A stretch of DNA of 64,000 bases from an uncultured Acidobacteriota bacterium. Its GTDB lineage: Bacteria > Acidobacteriota > Thermoanaerobaculia > Gp7-AA8. The position numbers were made by a program, and so were the translations under genes. The stretch spans positions 96,001 to 160,000 of the forward strand of contig CAWGHO010000001.1 in the NCBI GenBank assembly GCA_963822445.1, given 5' to 3'. This document shows positions 61,784-64,000 of the stretch, piece after piece. Each line of letters starts with the position of its first letter. The first letter of the stretch is position 1. The notes beneath the pieces were generated by a model that was not told where the DNA came from, searched no databases, and saw only the letters and a program-made list of their open reading frames with translations.

Positions 61784-63091
61784 ATGCTAGTACAAAAGTA
61801 CATCAGCGGAACGACTACCGTCAACATCGCCGGATCGGTCGAACAGGCTGTGTCGTCAGGAAAAATGGCGGCGGGCACGCAGTTGCCACCGGTCCGCACG
61901 CTGGCCACGCAGCTCCGGGTGAGTCCGGCCACCGTCGCCGCCGCGTACCGGCTGCTGCAGGACCGGGGTGTCGTGGTCGCCGATGGACGCCGCGGCACAC
62001 GCGTGCGTCCAGCCTCGCCGATCGCGATGCCGGCGGAGGCTCGGGTGCCCGCGGGGGTGCGCGATCTGGCTGGAGGAAATCCCGATCCTCGCCTGCTCCC
62101 CGATCTCGCCGCGGCCATGAAGCGGATGACGCTCGAACAGCGCGTCTACGGCGAGGATCTCAACGATCCGGCGCTGCTCGAGCTCGCGCGCGAGTCGTTC
62201 GCCGCTGATTCCGTACCCGCGGCGCATCTCTCCATCGTCAGCGGCGCGCTCGACGGCATCGAGCGCGTTCTGCGCGAGCATCTGCGCGCCGGCGATCGCG
62301 TGATCGTCGAAGACCCCTGCTTCACGGGCGTGCTCGATCTCCTGAATGCGCTGGCACTCGTCGCCGTGCCCGTCCCTGTCGACGATGATGGGCTCGAACC
62401 TGCCGAGTTGCGCCGGGCGATGCGGTCCTGCTCGGCGATGATCATCACGCCCCGCGCGCAGAATCCAACCGGTGCCGCGCACTCCGCGCGTCGCGCCCGG
62501 GAGCTTCACGCGATCCTCGCCACCCGTCCCGACCTGCTGCTCATCGAAGACGACCACGCCGGCCCTGTTGCCGGCGCGGACTATCGAACGCTGGTCGACG
62601 AATCACGCGAGCGCTGGGCCGTCGTACGCTCCGTCTCGAAATCTCTCGGACCGGACCTCCGCCTGGCCATGCTCGCCTCGGACGCGAGAACACACGCCCG
62701 CGTCGAAGGGCGGCAGACCCTCGGCATCCGCTGGGTCAGCCACATCCTCCAGCGCCTGGTCGTGGCTTTGTGGCGCGATCGCGCGCCGGCTCGTGCAAAT
62801 CGCGCCTACACCGAACGTCGTGACGCGCTGCTTCGGGAATTGCGCCAGCGCGGAATCGACGCGCACGGCACGTCGGGACTGAATGTCTGGATTCCTATCG
62901 CCGAGGAGAGCGCGACGGTGCAGGCGCTTCTGCAGCGAGGCTGGGCGGTCAATGCCGGCGAGCGGTATCGCGTGAAGAGCGGGCCGGCCATTCGCGTGAC
63001 CGTCGCCGAGCTGGAACCGAAGGATGCAGCACAATTCGCGGCGGATCTGCGCGCGGTGATCTCACCGGCGCGACGCGGGAGCAAAGCGTAG
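61784..63091 (+). CDS. MocR/GntR-family PLP-dependent regulator (PtsJ-like)
   Basis: LPPVRTLA...VSPATVAAAY HTH; PRAQNPTG, EDDH and SVSKSLGPDLR; GTACA repeats around the start. Confidence 0.9.
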   Translation: MLVQKYISGTTTVNIAGSVEQAVSSGKMAAGTQLPPVRTLATQLRVSPATVAAAYRLLQDRGVVVADGRRGTRVRPASPIAMPAEARVPAGVRDLAGGNPDPRLLPDLAAAMKRMTLEQRVYGEDLNDPALLELARESFAADSVPAAHLSIVSGALDGIERVLREHLRAGDRVIVEDPCFTGVLDLLNALALVAVPVPVDDDGLEPAELRRAMRSCSAMIITPRAQNPTGAAHSARRARELHAILATRPDLLLIEDDHAGPVAGADYRTLVDESRERWAVVRSVSKSLGPDLRLAMLASDARTHARVEGRQTLGIRWVSHILQRLVVALWRDRAPARANRAYTERRDALLRELRQRGIDAHGTSGLNVWIPIAEESATVQALLQRGWAVNAGERYRVKSGPAIRVTVAELEPKDAAQFAADLRAVISPARRGSKA

Positions 63092-63093
63092 CG

Positions 63094-63696
63094 ATGTCAT
63101 TCACCAACCTCCTTTTCTTCGCGGCGATGGAGCTCGTCCTCTGTCTCACCCCCGGCCCCGCCGTGCTGCTGGTCGTTTCGCAGGCGATGAAGCGAGGGTT
63201 CCGTCCATCGCTCCGCGGCGCGCTGGGCATCCTCACTGCGAACGCAATCTACTTCGCGCTCTCCGCGGCAGGCCTCGGCGCACTGCTCATGGCATCGCGC
63301 ACGGTCTTCGAGATCATCAAGTGGATCGGCGCCGGCTATCTCGTTTTCATGGGCCTGCGCATGATCGTCAGCAAGTCCGTGGAGCAGGAACCGGAGCAGA
63401 TCGCGCGCGACGACAGCTTCCGTCAGGCGCTCTTCGTCCAGCTCGCGAATCCGAAGGCGGTGGTCTTCTTCACCGCCCTTCTTCCCCAGTTCATCGACGC
63501 GCACGGCCCCGTGACCCTGCAGTTCTTCACCCTCGGCGTGATCTCCACGGTCATCGAGTTTCCGGTGCTGGCCATGTACGCCTTCGCCGCGGATCGCGGG
63601 CGCGCCGTCTACGCGCGGCACACGCGCTGGATCGAGAGGATTGCCGGAGGTTGCCTGGTCGCGGCCGGGTTGAAACTGGCCGCGACCAGACAGTGA
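63094..63696 (+). CDS. LysE/RhtB-family exporter
   Basis: LTPGPAV, KWIGAGYL and LANPKA. Confidence 0.92.
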   Translation: MSFTNLLFFAAMELVLCLTPGPAVLLVVSQAMKRGFRPSLRGALGILTANAIYFALSAAGLGALLMASRTVFEIIKWIGAGYLVFMGLRMIVSKSVEQEPEQIARDDSFRQALFVQLANPKAVVFFTALLPQFIDAHGPVTLQFFTLGVISTVIEFPVLAMYAFAADRGRAVYARHTRWIERIAGGCLVAAGLKLAATRQ

Positions 63697-63706
63697 GAGT
63701 GAGCCG

Positions 63707-64000
63707 TTACTGCACGTTCAGCGCGGTGTCATCCACGACGAACGAGGTCTGCAGCGAGCTGTCCTCGGTCGCATAGAAGCGAACGCGGACGCTGAGACCG
63801 CGGTACGCGGAGAGATCGAACGACTTCTGCACGTAGGTCGTGTTTTCGTTCAGGTTCGAGTACGTGGCGAGCGTCGTGTAGGTCGAGCCGCCGTTCGTGC
63901 TGATCTGCACGTTCAGCTTGTCGTAGGCGATGCTGGTGGTCGTCTCGGCGGAATCGATCCGCACCCAGAACGAGAGCGTGGCGGTGGTGGCCGTCGAGGG
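63707..64000 (-). CDS. C-terminal beta-sandwich of a secreted protein (often found on peptidases); partial
   Basis: ATLSFWVRIDSAET...TLATYSNLN...FDLSAYRG...TSFVVDD. Confidence 0.7.
   Translation of the reverse strand, partial: PSTATTATLSFWVRIDSAETTTSIAYDKLNVQISTNGGSTYTTLATYSNLNENTTYVQKSFDLSAYRGLSVRVRFYATEDSSLQTSFVVDDTALNVQ

Overview
GC-rich bacterial chromosome segment, probably Acidobacteriota and possibly Thermoanaerobaculia. That assignment is inferred from the acidobacterial VWA protein, the Ser/Thr kinase-TolB fusion and the secreted DUF11/LRR proteins. Bases 1-6782 form a visibly less GC-rich accessory island lying 3' of tRNA-Arg(CCT). The island reads as the tail of an integron-type gene-cassette array. 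An IS110-family element abuts an attC core site. It is followed by a 2.9-kb cassette encoding an HD-domain/HSP90-like ATPase fusion closed by an unusually long (198 bp) attC, a second cassette (TolB-like propeller) with a related but degenerate attC, and three small secreted Cys-rich proteins. The rest is mostly core genome: a copper module, tol-pal, rpsT, lptE, leuS, mazEF-like TA, dtd, ssb, RNase/barstar, a plant-type LRR protein, nagZ, mutS, acp-fabF, hemW, HD-GYP, zapB, meaB, an M1 peptidase and MocR. Three window-wide non-coding patterns stand out. (i) Eight intergenic hairpins share one architecture, about 4 tandem 7/8-mers + spacer + about 4 inverted units, but use six different unit sequences. 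(ii) REP-like palindromes occur, one of them inside a probable signal-peptide coding region. (iii) TAnnnT boxes sit 6-10 nt before start codons that lack a Shine-Dalgarno site, suggesting leaderless mRNAs. Several single-base frameshifts look like assembly errors.
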